Positions 49,131 through 59,392 of a DNA stretch of 64,000 nucleotides are shown here, piece by piece. The position numbers and the translations under genes were made by a program. The notes beneath the pieces were generated by a model, which was not told the DNA's origin, did no database searches, and was given only the letters and a program-made list of their open reading frames with translations. The DNA is from a virus. How positions within the stretch are numbered: the stretch's first letter is position 1; each line of letters opens with the position of its first letter. Location of the stretch: the IMG/VR virus record IMGVR_UViG_3300035661_001697, positions 2,537 through 66,536 of that record; one strand, 5' to 3'.

Positions 49131-49871
49131 CTAATTGTTTTTGTAATCTATTGTACGACCATTTTGAATGTCAGCTTCACTCATTTCAAGCATCAACTTT
49201 TGCTCTTTGGTCAATTCAATTTTATTTTCCTGAACCGCACTATTATCAACCAAACTTAACAAATTCTGATTATTTTCTAATTCATCTAATTGTTTTTGTA
49301 ATCTATCTATACTACCTAAAATAATACTAGCGTTTGGGTCTATTACTTTAATTTGTTCAACTAACTCTTCTTGTCGTCCTTTATCATAAAATCCTTGTTC
49401 AATCCAATCAGCCAAGTCCTGTATGTGCTTTGGTGCATGAACACTAATTCGTAAGTCATACGATTCCCATTTAGTTTTCCAATCAATGAAAGCGATTCCC
49501 TTAGTTAATTTCCTAAGTAGATTATGTAGAGTCCAATTACGAACTCGAACAATTGAACGGTCACTACCAAATACATCTAAAAAACGTAAAAACCATCTTG
49601 GGCACCATTTTGGTTTTGCTTCATAGTCCATTGCCAATACTAATGGGTAAAGGGATTTAAAATAAACACCATCTTCATTCCATAGTTGTGTACCTAAATA
49701 ACCATACTTTTCAAATCCTTTAGGAAAAAATATGTAACGAAAATCATCCAACTCAATATTACGAGTTTGTATCATACCTTTCTTACGACCTTTCCAAAAC
49801 AGGATGGAATACTTAAGACTGTCCATACGTTCTTTAAACGTTGGTGCTTTATAAAATTTACTTCTTTTCAT
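49131..49871 (-). CDS. hypothetical protein
   Basis: 246-aa ORF; TATATTTG (minus) at 49876-49883. Confidence 0.65.
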   Translation of the reverse strand: MKRSKFYKAPTFKERMDSLKYSILFWKGRKKGMIQTRNIELDDFRYIFFPKGFEKYGYLGTQLWNEDGVYFKSLYPLVLAMDYEAKPKWCPRWFLRFLDVFGSDRSIVRVRNWTLHNLLRKLTKGIAFIDWKTKWESYDLRISVHAPKHIQDLADWIEQGFYDKGRQEELVEQIKVIDPNASIILGSIDRLQKQLDELENNQNLLSLVDNSAVQENKIELTKEQKLMLEMSEADIQNGRTIDYKNN

Positions 49872-49934
49872 AGTACAAATATAATAATTTTTTTTTTATA
49901 ATAACAAATAAATTTTAATATAGTTACGCAATAT

Positions 49935-50636
49935 CTATAACCATTTTATGTCATTTGTTATTGAATCCCATTCAATACTAACAGGTAGATTAGTATATAG
50001 GTATTGTTCATTTAATATTGAAGCATTAATAAAGTGGGTGTGTCCATTATAATAATATCCTGAACTTCCATGTATATGTCCAAATACATGAATCTTTGGT
50101 TTGATTTCATCTACTCGATGACGTAACATTTCACATCCTACTCGTATACTTTGTCCACCTGGAATATCTAAATGCCCAAATGGTGGTCCGTGTGTGATAA
50201 GTATATCAGTGTCTTTAGGTATTGCATCCCATTTTGTCTTCATTTCCTCACCATTTCGTGGTAAATTAAAGGCCCAATTAAAGAACTCAGGTTGCCAAGG
50301 TGAACCATATAACTTAACCGAAGAGTCATCCTCCATATCATAAATAGAGAAACCTTCATCTTGAAGATAAATTAGATTGTTATAATCTTTTATAGTTAAT
50401 GAACTCCAAGTAGGGTCATTCTCTAAAATACGGTCGTGATTTCCCGCAATAAAAATTTTCTTATCATAACCTTTTATTGCACTAAACCAATTAAGGAATT
50501 CAATTACTTCTTTTTTATGATATCCACTGTTCATAAAATCACCAGCATGTATTAGTATATCACCACCTGGTAAATCATTTTCACAATATTGGTGTTTTGA
50601 GTGAGTATCGCTAATAAATGTTATTATTTTTTTCAT
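49935..50636 (-). CDS. calcineurin-like metallophosphoesterase (MPPED/239FB-like)
   Basis: SDTH, HAGD, AGNHD, YGSPWQP, THGPP, FGHIH. Confidence 0.88.
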   Translation of the reverse strand: MKKIITFISDTHSKHQYCENDLPGGDILIHAGDFMNSGYHKKEVIEFLNWFSAIKGYDKKIFIAGNHDRILENDPTWSSLTIKDYNNLIYLQDEGFSIYDMEDDSSVKLYGSPWQPEFFNWAFNLPRNGEEMKTKWDAIPKDTDILITHGPPFGHLDIPGGQSIRVGCEMLRHRVDEIKPKIHVFGHIHGSSGYYYNGHTHFINASILNEQYLYTNLPVSIEWDSITNDIKWL

Positions 50637-50702
50637 CTAACAAATATAAGAAAAATAATTTAAACTTTAAAATAAAAGTACAAGAGTTTTTAACGGATTA
50701 GT

Positions 50703-51086
50703 TTATTCTTTAATTAATGGTTTTCTGCTTGGTAAGGTGCCTTGCAATACTACTTTATCTATTCTTGAATCAATATATGATTTTGTTTGTGTAATTTCCT
50801 TTTCAATTTCATCTTCTTTCCTGTGATGAAAATCATCCACATGTCTAACTTGATTCATTATTGTTTGTTCAACCATATTAATATCACGACGGGTAGATTG
50901 AAGTAATTCTTCCGTATGTCTTCTTTCGTGGTCAATTGATTGATATACTTCATCAATCATTTTTTTAATTTTTATTATTTGTTTTTCTAATTTGATTATC
51001 TTAACCATACCTATAACTAAAGCAATTAATAATAATATTGCTGAAATCGTAAGCATACCTAAAACATATGATGTTATTTCTATCAT
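50703..51086 (-). CDS. TM plus coiled-coil hypothetical protein
   Basis: N-terminal TM, ..SYIDSRIDK; flanked by inverted repeats. Confidence 0.65.
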   Translation of the reverse strand: MIEITSYVLGMLTISAILLLIALVIGMVKIIKLEKQIIKIKKMIDEVYQSIDHERRHTEELLQSTRRDINMVEQTIMNQVRHVDDFHHRKEDEIEKEITQTKSYIDSRIDKVVLQGTLPSRKPLIKE

Positions 51087-51191
51087 GTTTTTTAAATTTT
51101 ATTTATTTTTATGTCAAAGAACTCTTGTACTGTACCCATGTAGAATTTTAAATCTATATGGGTCTTAATAATTTTTATAGTTTTAATTTAG

Positions 51192-51524
51192 TTATTCTAT
51201 TATTTTTTCAACATAAGTTGATGTCTCTCCTTCAGTAAATCCTTTTTCAATTAATAATGGTAATGAACCTGGTTTACACCAAGCATATACTGTATACCCA
51301 CTGTAACGAGTTTTAACATATTCCCATCTAGTGTCCCATAACTTTCTAAAAATACCTTTTAGTCTATGTTCTTCATGTACCCAAGCGTCTAAGAATTTTA
51401 TTTTATTACTTTCTTCTCGTTCCATATATATGTGTCCTACAATCTCACCATTTAACATAGCAATCCATGTTTCAAGTTGTTGAGCATTACTCTTAAGGTG
51501 GATAACTTTAATATCTTCAATCAT
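51192..51524 (-). CDS. GNAT acetyltransferase
   Basis: VHEEHRLKGIFRKL motif A; C-terminal KGF. Confidence 0.75.
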   Translation of the reverse strand: MIEDIKVIHLKSNAQQLETWIAMLNGEIVGHIYMEREESNKIKFLDAWVHEEHRLKGIFRKLWDTRWEYVKTRYSGYTVYAWCKPGSLPLLIEKGFTEGETSTYVEKIIE

Positions 51525-51632
51525 TTTTACATTGTTTATATAAAATAATAGTAAGAATTTATAACTTAAACAATGTATTATTCATAATAATAATAAAAAA
51601 TGTTTTTTCTTTTAACTGGTATTTATTATTAT

Positions 51633-53546
51633 ATGTCAGAGGAACACAAATTATCACCATTCTTTAAAAGAAGGATTGACCATCATAAGTTTGAAAAACT
51701 GATGAGGAAAGGTATTATCTATATATATAATGAATCAAATTCTCTTGAAGAATTTAAATTTAAGTTAGTTAAAGCAACATTGAAAAATTATATTCATTAT
51801 AAATATAATATTAATATTGAAGATTTACCTCACGATAATGTGGATAATTTTATTGATTATATGGTTGATACTTATGAGCCCTTACTTAAGACGTATTATT
51901 ATAATGAAAGAAAAAATAGTGGTAATATAAATGAAAATTATAGTCCAGCTGGTAAAGAAATAATTCCAAACGAAATTGTTATACATAAATCTAATCCTAA
52001 GTTTAGAGACAAGATTATAGAACAAGGATTAAAAGTTCGTGCTGGTGAATGTTATAAAATATATGCAGGATATGGAACAAAATGTAAACCTGCAATATTT
52101 GCAACCAACTCAACAAATAAGAGGTCGTGGTTTGATTCTACTTATGATGATGATGTTTGGGAAATTGATACAACAATGATGCCCGAAATCAAATGGTATA
52201 AGGATAGACACTACGAATCAAGTAAAAAACATATAGTAACCTTTCAAGACATACCTAAAGAGGCAATCAAACTTATTTATGAAGGTTCAGGTAAAGATGG
52301 GGGAATAATGGAATCAGTTGACAAATCTGAAGACAAAAAACTTAAGTTGTTAACAAAAATGATTCATCAGTTTTTTGATGATGTTAGTTTTATTGTTATT
52401 AAAAAATATGAAAATAAACCAATGATAATAGTTTATTTTGATAACGATGAAGCAGGTAGGCAAGGAGAGACTTATTTTGCGGAACAAATACAACGTAAAA
52501 TATATGAATATACAGGTATTAAACTTATTCCGTATTGGCACACTATTCAGTATAACACTGATGCAGATTTTCGTTTAGATGCCATTAAACTAAAGAATAT
52601 GGATTTGATACCTCAGTACGAAAATGAAAGAAATGATATAAACGAATCTGAAGACAAAAAACTTAAATTGTTGACAAAAATTATGGACAATATTATTTTT
52701 CCTGAATATAAAAATATTATTTGTGGTTATGATGTAAAAAATGATGAGGCTTTTAATGAACCTGTAGTTAATGTTACTTTTATTGGTGGGTATGGAACAA
52801 AACTTTGGCCTACCACACAAGGAATTAAAAAAATGTATAGTGATGTTTTAAATAAAATTTGGAATACTATTTACAATTACATTAATGTTCCAGTTGGCGT
52901 TACTATGGAAACAACACCCAAATGTGATGAACAAGAAAACATTTATCTTAGAGAATCAGTTGACAAATCTGAAGACAAAAAACTTAAGTTTGTGACAAAA
53001 ATGATTCATGAGTTTTTTGATGAGGTTAGTTTTATTAAAATTAAAAAATATGGAAATAAACCATTGATAAGAGTTTATTTTGATAACGATGAAGAAGCGG
53101 CTAATGAAGAGACTTATTTTGCAGAACAAATACAAGATAAAATTTATAAATATACAGGTATTAAACTTATCCCGTATTGGCACATGATTCAGTATAACAC
53201 TGATGCAGATTTTCGTTTGGACGCCATTAAACTAAAATACGATAACTTGGGAAATGTTATAAACGAATCAGAAGAAAAACAACCTAAGTATCTTAACGCA
53301 ATAAAAAATCTTATTGAATCATTCAAAGACAAAGATTGTGTTTGCGATATTGACGTGTTGTTTGAAGACGATACGTATTGTATTTATTTGAAATTTGGTG
53401 TTGAAGACTTAAATGATAAATTTCTTAGTAATGGCGCACATCATTATGTGTCAAAATTAAAAAATAATGTTAAAGACACCATTAAAAATTATCTATCAAT
53501 AGATAATTTATATGTTGGGTCTTACGGAACAAAAAGATGCGGTTAA
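51633..53546 (+). CDS. multi-module putative polyprotein with an ADP-ribosyltransferase-like domain and internal duplication
   Basis: Modules separated by INE/IME/INE/LRE/INE; IHKS..IIEQGL..IF..VWEID..IPKEAI; near-identical repeat 52311-52594 vs 52953-53236; TATTTAT at 51620. Confidence 0.65.
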   Translation: MSEEHKLSPFFKRRIDHHKFEKLMRKGIIYIYNESNSLEEFKFKLVKATLKNYIHYKYNINIEDLPHDNVDNFIDYMVDTYEPLLKTYYYNERKNSGNINENYSPAGKEIIPNEIVIHKSNPKFRDKIIEQGLKVRAGECYKIYAGYGTKCKPAIFATNSTNKRSWFDSTYDDDVWEIDTTMMPEIKWYKDRHYESSKKHIVTFQDIPKEAIKLIYEGSGKDGGIMESVDKSEDKKLKLLTKMIHQFFDDVSFIVIKKYENKPMIIVYFDNDEAGRQGETYFAEQIQRKIYEYTGIKLIPYWHTIQYNTDADFRLDAIKLKNMDLIPQYENERNDINESEDKKLKLLTKIMDNIIFPEYKNIICGYDVKNDEAFNEPVVNVTFIGGYGTKLWPTTQGIKKMYSDVLNKIWNTIYNYINVPVGVTMETTPKCDEQENIYLRESVDKSEDKKLKFVTKMIHEFFDEVSFIKIKKYGNKPLIRVYFDNDEEAANEETYFAEQIQDKIYKYTGIKLIPYWHMIQYNTDADFRLDAIKLKYDNLGNVINESEEKQPKYLNAIKNLIESFKDKDCVCDIDVLFEDDTYCIYLKFGVEDLNDKFLSNGAHHYVSKLKNNVKDTIKNYLSIDNLYVGSYGTKRCG

Positions 53547-53674
53547 ACAACAAATTAAAATAACGTTTTACAACATTAATTAAAACTCTACAACATATTT
53601 ATAATAATATGTTTTATATAGACAAATAAAAAAACAAAGTATTTTAATTTATGGTATTAATTTAAAAAATTTAT

Positions 53675-54397
53675 ATGAAAAAAATAATAAGATTAACTGA
53701 ACAAGATTTGGCAACATTACTTAAAGGTATTGTTAATTTGGCAACAGGTATGGCGACAAACAACACTAATAAAAAAGAAACAACTTCTAATGATAAGTCA
53801 ACAAATACTACGTCAACAAATACTACGTCAACAAATACTACTTCAACAAATAGTGATTCAAAAGAAACTAAAAATACGGGTAAAAAATTACCCCCAAATA
53901 TTCAAAAATTAATTGATAAATTAAAAACATCTTATGGGATTAACATTACTCAACAACATATTAACAAAGAATATGAACAAGAAGGAGATATTCGATTAGA
54001 TGCTGGCGGCGTTAATTCAGAAGCCCTAAAACAAATAAAAAAATTAATAGAAGATTGTAAAAAAGCAAACCTTAAAGTTCGGTTTCCCAATGGTATTGTT
54101 TCTGATTATAGAAGTTATAACACCCAAGTAGATAATTTTGGAACCAAAGCTAAAACAAGAGGTATTGATGATACACAAGCTTACAACACCCTACCTGGAT
54201 TTTCTCAACATCATACAGGTAAGGCTTTTGATATATTTAGTACTGAGACTGATTGGTGGAATACAAACTCAGGGGTCAAAACTTGGGTGGCCAACAATTG
54301 TGGAAAATATGGGTTTGATGTAACTTATAAAACTAAGGGAAAAGTAAGACAGGCAGAACCTTGGCATTTATTTTTTAAGGGAGGCCAGACTAAATAA
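53675..54397 (+). CDS. leader plus linker plus M15B/VanY-like D-Ala-D-Ala peptidase
   Basis: SDYRSY..Q, PGFSQHHTGKAFD, EPWH. Confidence 0.85.
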   Translation: MKKIIRLTEQDLATLLKGIVNLATGMATNNTNKKETTSNDKSTNTTSTNTTSTNTTSTNSDSKETKNTGKKLPPNIQKLIDKLKTSYGINITQQHINKEYEQEGDIRLDAGGVNSEALKQIKKLIEDCKKANLKVRFPNGIVSDYRSYNTQVDNFGTKAKTRGIDDTQAYNTLPGFSQHHTGKAFDIFSTETDWWNTNSGVKTWVANNCGKYGFDVTYKTKGKVRQAEPWHLFFKGGQTK

Positions 54398-54412
54398 TAC
54401 TATACACATAAA

Positions 54413-55372
54413 ATGACAAACAAATTAGGTGAACCCGATAGTAAAATAATCATTAAATTGTTTAAATTATTAAATGAGGAGAAAAAAAAGAATAAAACAA
54501 GAGAATCCCTTTTAAATGCAATAAGAAATCTTTCAATATATTTGAGTATTCCTAAAGACCACGAACGATATCTTTTGGAGTTATATGTTTTAAACTTTAA
54601 AGAAGACGGAGACTACTCAAATTTAACAAAAGATAATTTTATTGACCCTAGACATCAAAAAGGTAAAGTTATTTCTAATTCAAATGCCCGTTTATATACC
54701 ATAGCACAATTACCATTTAAGGGTTCAAATTTAACCGCATATTGGACCATAGACCCAAAAGGTGTTCCATACTATAAAGTATCATCATACGAATGGTACC
54801 CTATATACATATACAAAAATGATAAGTGGTATCAGTCAACAAATTCTTATTCTAGTTCTACAGGTAGACAAATTAGTAATTCTAATCCCGTTGATTGGAA
54901 TAATGATTTAGAAACTGTATATACGTTGACCGCGGATGAAATGAAGATGATAGAAAGAGGAAATAGTCATGAAGAAGTTATGAAGAATAAACGGTCTAAA
55001 TTAAAAAGTATTGAGCCTGATTTGACAAAAAGACAAAAAACCGCAAAGATTGGTAATGCGTATCACGACAGAAATCTAACACCCACAAATATAAAATTTA
55101 AGGTTAATTCAATAGATATAGACGGTGATAAATCTATTGTAAATGTCGATGTATACGACGTAGTTAAAAGACAATCTGGTAGACAACAAGATACTCCCGA
55201 AAACTATTTAAATAATGAGATACCTAACCTTACAACAACTAATGTGGAAGACGCAATTAAAATTAAAATGAGACGAGAATTAATGGATTATATTGGTACA
55301 AGATTTAAAGATAATCTTGAAAATCCTGTAGGTGCAAAAATAGAGTTTAAATTTAACCATTTAAAAAAATAG
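54413..55372 (+). CDS. hypothetical protein
   Basis: 319-aa ORF. Confidence 0.7.
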   Translation: MTNKLGEPDSKIIIKLFKLLNEEKKKNKTRESLLNAIRNLSIYLSIPKDHERYLLELYVLNFKEDGDYSNLTKDNFIDPRHQKGKVISNSNARLYTIAQLPFKGSNLTAYWTIDPKGVPYYKVSSYEWYPIYIYKNDKWYQSTNSYSSSTGRQISNSNPVDWNNDLETVYTLTADEMKMIERGNSHEEVMKNKRSKLKSIEPDLTKRQKTAKIGNAYHDRNLTPTNIKFKVNSIDIDGDKSIVNVDVYDVVKRQSGRQQDTPENYLNNEIPNLTTTNVEDAIKIKMRRELMDYIGTRFKDNLENPVGAKIEFKFNHLKK

Positions 55373-55419
55373 GTTATTGATTGAACAAATACACAAAATT
55401 TTTTTTGTATATTTGTGTT

Positions 55420-55716
55420 ATGAAAAAACTACTAACATCTTTATTTTTACAAATGGTTTTTAAAAATGTTAACACTACTAAAAAACTTATGGACATTATA
55501 TTTGATGAAACAAAATCGCCTAAAGTAGTTAAAACTAAAATCGTTAAAACTCCTGTAAAATTTAAAAAAGAATTTGTAATAAATCAAACTGAACCTGTTA
55601 ATAGTAAAAAACAAGAATTAATAGACGCAATACAATTTCTTAAAAATAAAACTACCAAAACAAAAGTTGATAAAGATAAAATTCAAATGTTAGAGGTAAT
55701 TCTTAAATCAGTGTAG
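55420..55716 (+). CDS. basic hypothetical protein
   Basis: ATG 4 nt after TATATTTG (55408). Confidence 0.55.
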   Translation: MKKLLTSLFLQMVFKNVNTTKKLMDIIFDETKSPKVVKTKIVKTPVKFKKEFVINQTEPVNSKKQELIDAIQFLKNKTTKTKVDKDKIQMLEVILKSV

Positions 55717-55775
55717 AGGAATTGAACTTTAATATAATGTTTTAGTTTTATTTTATATTTATTATAAAATTGTTT

Positions 55776-56522
55776 ATGAAAAGAATTGTAAGGTTAACTG
55801 AACAAGACTTAACTGGGTTACTTAAAGGGATTGTTGACTTGGCTTTAGGTGGTACTGCTAATAGTAATAAAAAAGAACCAACTTCTAATGATGACTCAAA
55901 AGAACCAACTGATAACAATGACCCAAAAAAAGATGAAAAAGAAACTGAAAAAGATGTTAAGGAACTAACTGATAAAGTTACAAACGATAAGGAATATTCA
56001 ATTATTAAGTCAGACACTTATAAAGGTAAAAATGTTCATGTATTATTTGGTGGGTCACATACTTCAGACTATAGCAAAATTAAAAATTATGTTAAATATT
56101 TAGAACCATACAGTAGTAAAGCAATAATTGTTATTACGCATCATAAGAACACACTTGAAAACGTTAGTAAGTACGTTAAAGATAAGTTTGGTGGAGTTGT
56201 GACCTCAATCGCAGGATTTTCTCAAGGAGGTAAAGAAACTTGGAAACACGCCGGTAATTCATCATTAAAATTAGTTGGATTAATTGACCCATCAACTTAT
56301 AAAACTGATGTAACATTTGGGGCAAACACCTATTTAGTTTGTGACCCTAATAATTGGGGGTCTAGCGGGTTTTATGGTCAAGTTAAGGATAAACTAAAAT
56401 GGTATTGTAGTAAAAAAAATGAATCAAAGTATTCAGGGCATGTTGAATGTACAAAAGGTAAAGCTCACATGAATTTAGACATATTAAAATATTTTTATTT
56501 ACAATATGGAAATAAAATTTAA
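55776..56522 (+). CDS. leader plus linker plus alpha/beta hydrolase
   Basis: AGFSQGG nucleophile elbow, GLIDP, C-terminal His (AHM). Confidence 0.75.
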   Translation: MKRIVRLTEQDLTGLLKGIVDLALGGTANSNKKEPTSNDDSKEPTDNNDPKKDEKETEKDVKELTDKVTNDKEYSIIKSDTYKGKNVHVLFGGSHTSDYSKIKNYVKYLEPYSSKAIIVITHHKNTLENVSKYVKDKFGGVVTSIAGFSQGGKETWKHAGNSSLKLVGLIDPSTYKTDVTFGANTYLVCDPNNWGSSGFYGQVKDKLKWYCSKKNESKYSGHVECTKGKAHMNLDILKYFYLQYGNKI

Positions 56523-56554
56523 CATGATATTTATAGTTTAATAATGTTTTTATT

Positions 56555-57379
56555 ATGAAAAGAATTGTAAGGTTAACTGAACAAGACTTAACTGGGTTAC
56601 TTAAAGGGATTGTTGACTTGGTTTTAGGTGGTACTGATAATAATAAAAAAGAACCAACTTCTACTGATGAAAAAGAACCAACATCTAAAGATGAAAAAAA
56701 AACAACTTCTACTGATGATAAAAAATTGGATACTCCTAACTATAATGGAGATACAGGTAAAGTTTTTTTAAAGGGTAATTTTGACTCAACACAAAAAGCT
56801 AATATTGAGTTAATGATTAAATACATGAATAAATCAGGAATCAAAGACCCATTGGCTCAAATTGGCGTTTTATCTGTAATATCTAAAGAATCAAATTTTA
56901 GACCAAAATCTGAAGTATCTTATGCCAATACATCAAATTCAAGAATTAGAAAAATTTTTGGGTCTAGAGTTTCAAAATATTCAGATAGTGAAATGGACTC
57001 TCTTAAAAAAAACCCTGAAAAATTCTTCAACGTAGTGTATGCAAAGACAGTTGGAAACCAAGGTGGTGGTGATGGATGGAAATACCGAGGTAGAGGATTT
57101 AACCAACTAACAGGTAAAAAAAATTACGAAAAATATGGTAATATGATTGGTAGAAACTTAGTAGGAAATCCTGACTTAGTTAACGACCCAACAGTTGCTG
57201 CGGAAATTGCTGTTGCATTTTTTACTAAAGGTAAACCAGGTAATACATTTCCTAAATTTAAAAATAAAACTGAAGCCGCTACTCATTTTGCTGATATAAA
57301 TGCTGGTGGAGGAGTTAGTTCTCATAGGGCAAATGCGATTGCGGCAGTTGACAAATTTGACATTAAAGATATTACTTAG
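56555..57379 (+). CDS. leader plus linker plus GH19 lysozyme/chitinase-like muramidase
   Basis: KESNF, GN..GDGWKYRGRGFNQLTGKKNY, NPDLV. Confidence 0.88.
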   Translation: MKRIVRLTEQDLTGLLKGIVDLVLGGTDNNKKEPTSTDEKEPTSKDEKKTTSTDDKKLDTPNYNGDTGKVFLKGNFDSTQKANIELMIKYMNKSGIKDPLAQIGVLSVISKESNFRPKSEVSYANTSNSRIRKIFGSRVSKYSDSEMDSLKKNPEKFFNVVYAKTVGNQGGGDGWKYRGRGFNQLTGKKNYEKYGNMIGRNLVGNPDLVNDPTVAAEIAVAFFTKGKPGNTFPKFKNKTEAATHFADINAGGGVSSHRANAIAAVDKFDIKDIT

Positions 57380-57452
57380 ATTATCATTTAATAAAAAATT
57401 AAAAATAACCAAAAAGTTTTTTATAACATAATAAAATTCATATCTTTGTGGT

Positions 57453-57905
57453 ATGAAAGTTTTTGATATTATATGGGACTCAATGTGGGATTTCTTTTTT
57501 GGAAACCAAATTACCGTTCACACACCTTTAAGGAGAATTAATGATTTTGAACTTCAAAAAATTTTAAAATTAACAAAAAAATGGTGTATTAAAAACTTTG
57601 GTATTAGTCATAATAATCCAAAAGTTAAAATTTATATGACCAAACAAATTTATGGTCAAGTTTGTTACGGAGAATATAATCCCGATAGTAATATTATTTA
57701 CATTTACAGTAATAATTGTGAAGATATAAAATGTTTGATTAAAACATTTATTCACGAATATGTTCACCACTTACAACCTATCAAAAATTCATATAAAAAA
57801 CTTTTAGAAAGTCATGGTTATAAAAAACACCCAATGGAAATTGAAGCAAGAAACATGGAAAGTTATTACATTGATGTTTGGGAAGATATAAAAAATAAAT
57901 TATGA
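57453..57905 (+). CDS. HExxH metallopeptidase-like protein
   Basis: TFIHEYVHHLQ...Y..HPMEIEAR; TATCTTTG at 57441. Confidence 0.7.
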   Translation: MKVFDIIWDSMWDFFFGNQITVHTPLRRINDFELQKILKLTKKWCIKNFGISHNNPKVKIYMTKQIYGQVCYGEYNPDSNIIYIYSNNCEDIKCLIKTFIHEYVHHLQPIKNSYKKLLESHGYKKHPMEIEARNMESYYIDVWEDIKNKL

Positions 57906-58036
57906 GAAAGTTTTTATTATTTGGATTTTTAGTGTTTATATTAATTTGGATATTTAATATGGTGTTTAACGATAAAGATTAAACAAAAAACCTCCACCTA
58001 AAATGGGGGTTTTTTATTATTAAAGTATTTATTAAT

Positions 58037-58375
58037 GTGAAAGAACTAATTAGGAATATATTAAAAGAAGAAACAGAAGAAAATGAACAAAAAGTTATGA
58101 ATTTTCTTTTACGAAGATATCGTACTTCTGAAAGAGATTTTGGCGAAGAAGGACACCCAAGGATGTTTAAACAAATTACATTTGAAATTGATGAGGACTT
58201 CTACGTTATTAATAATTTTCAAAACAAAACAGAACAAGTCCATAAAATATTTAATATGTTAGTCGATAACGATGTTATTAAAAAACCAATAGAGTTTTAT
58301 GGAACAACTCTTGACCCATATAGACAAAAAGTTATTAGAACAATAAGGAAATTTTTAAATGACAAAATATCATAA
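58037..58375 (+). CDS. leader-bearing hypothetical protein
   Basis: GTG start, MKELIRNILKEE; TATTTAT at 58026. Confidence 0.65.
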   Translation: MKELIRNILKEETEENEQKVMNFLLRRYRTSERDFGEEGHPRMFKQITFEIDEDFYVINNFQNKTEQVHKIFNMLVDNDVIKKPIEFYGTTLDPYRQKVIRTIRKFLNDKIS

Positions 58376-58381
58376 TTTACT

Positions 58382-58687
58382 ATGGATTATATTATTACAC
58401 CTGAACAGTTAGACAAAATCACTAAACCTTTTTTTGATAAAGAATTTAAAGACGCTAAGTGGGGTGAACATGCCCAAGGGACAGATGATGTATGGTATGG
58501 GCTTATTAATCAGGACGATGTTCTGTTAGTTGGTCATCCCTCCTTTAATGTTGATAATTACTACACTAATGGTCACCACTTTGAAAACATGTGGCATTAT
58601 TTTAGTGTTAACCCTCAACAGTTTAATCAATCAATTGGTAGATACATTAAGAAAAAATATGGTTGTGAATTTAAACAGATATACTAA
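58382..58687 (+). CDS. leader-bearing hypothetical protein
   Basis: MDYIITPEQL. Confidence 0.6.
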   Translation: MDYIITPEQLDKITKPFFDKEFKDAKWGEHAQGTDDVWYGLINQDDVLLVGHPSFNVDNYYTNGHHFENMWHYFSVNPQQFNQSIGRYIKKKYGCEFKQIY

Positions 58688-58775
58688 AAAAAAAAATACC
58701 CAAATATAAAATAAAACAATGTATATGGGTACTTATAATGTACATTAAATACTAAACCATATAAATTAAAAAAAA

Positions 58776-59384
58776 ATGAGTATTAAAGAACAAAGATTAC
58801 AAGAATTAACTAACGTTGCTCCAACAGTATCAGTCAAAATGGATATGGAGTGGTTGAGTTCAACAACAAACACCGCAGACTTCCAAATTCGATTAACAAA
58901 CACTGGTACATCAGTAATTAAATTAAATGCTTTGATTATTCGTGGAGTTCATTCCCCAAAGATAACAACAGGAACTATAACATGGAAAGCATTAAATGAC
59001 AATACTATTCCAGAATGGTTAGGTTGGCCTAATAAAGGAACAACTAACTTACCATATATTTCAGGACAAAGGAAATTAAATTTCTCTTCAGCAACAAATA
59101 TTTTTACCAATGAAACATCTCCTATTATACCAAATGGAACAGGAGTAGTAGTTGGAACTTTTAGGGTTTCTACATCAACAACATGGAACCCAAATAGTAA
59201 CTTTGGTTTTGTATGGGAAATGACAACAGGTGGAGTAGTTGGTTATGTAAATTTTGAAACACAGTCTTCAACTACATCACTACCAGTTGGTTTTATGCAT
59301 TACGGACCAACAACAAATACAACGATAGGTAAATGTTTAACAGTAACCGCTCCAAGTGTACAACTATTAAACCCAAAGATATAA
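58776..59384 (+). CDS. Thr-rich beta-sandwich (cohesin/CBM-like) protein
   Basis: FQIRLTNTG, beta-rich composition. Confidence 0.5.
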   Translation: MSIKEQRLQELTNVAPTVSVKMDMEWLSSTTNTADFQIRLTNTGTSVIKLNALIIRGVHSPKITTGTITWKALNDNTIPEWLGWPNKGTTNLPYISGQRKLNFSSATNIFTNETSPIIPNGTGVVVGTFRVSTSTTWNPNSNFGFVWEMTTGGVVGYVNFETQSSTTSLPVGFMHYGPTTNTTIGKCLTVTAPSVQLLNPKI

Positions 59385-59392
59385 CAAGAATA

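Noticed and set aside
52311-53236. DGR template/variable repeat pair
   Set aside because: Both copies are in-frame modules of one ORF, the differences are not confined to adenines, and no reverse transcriptase is in the window.
53800-53850. 15-nt tandem repeats (TCAACAAATACTACG) as a CRISPR array
   Set aside because: No spacers; in-frame STNTT linker repeats inside a CDS; no cas genes.
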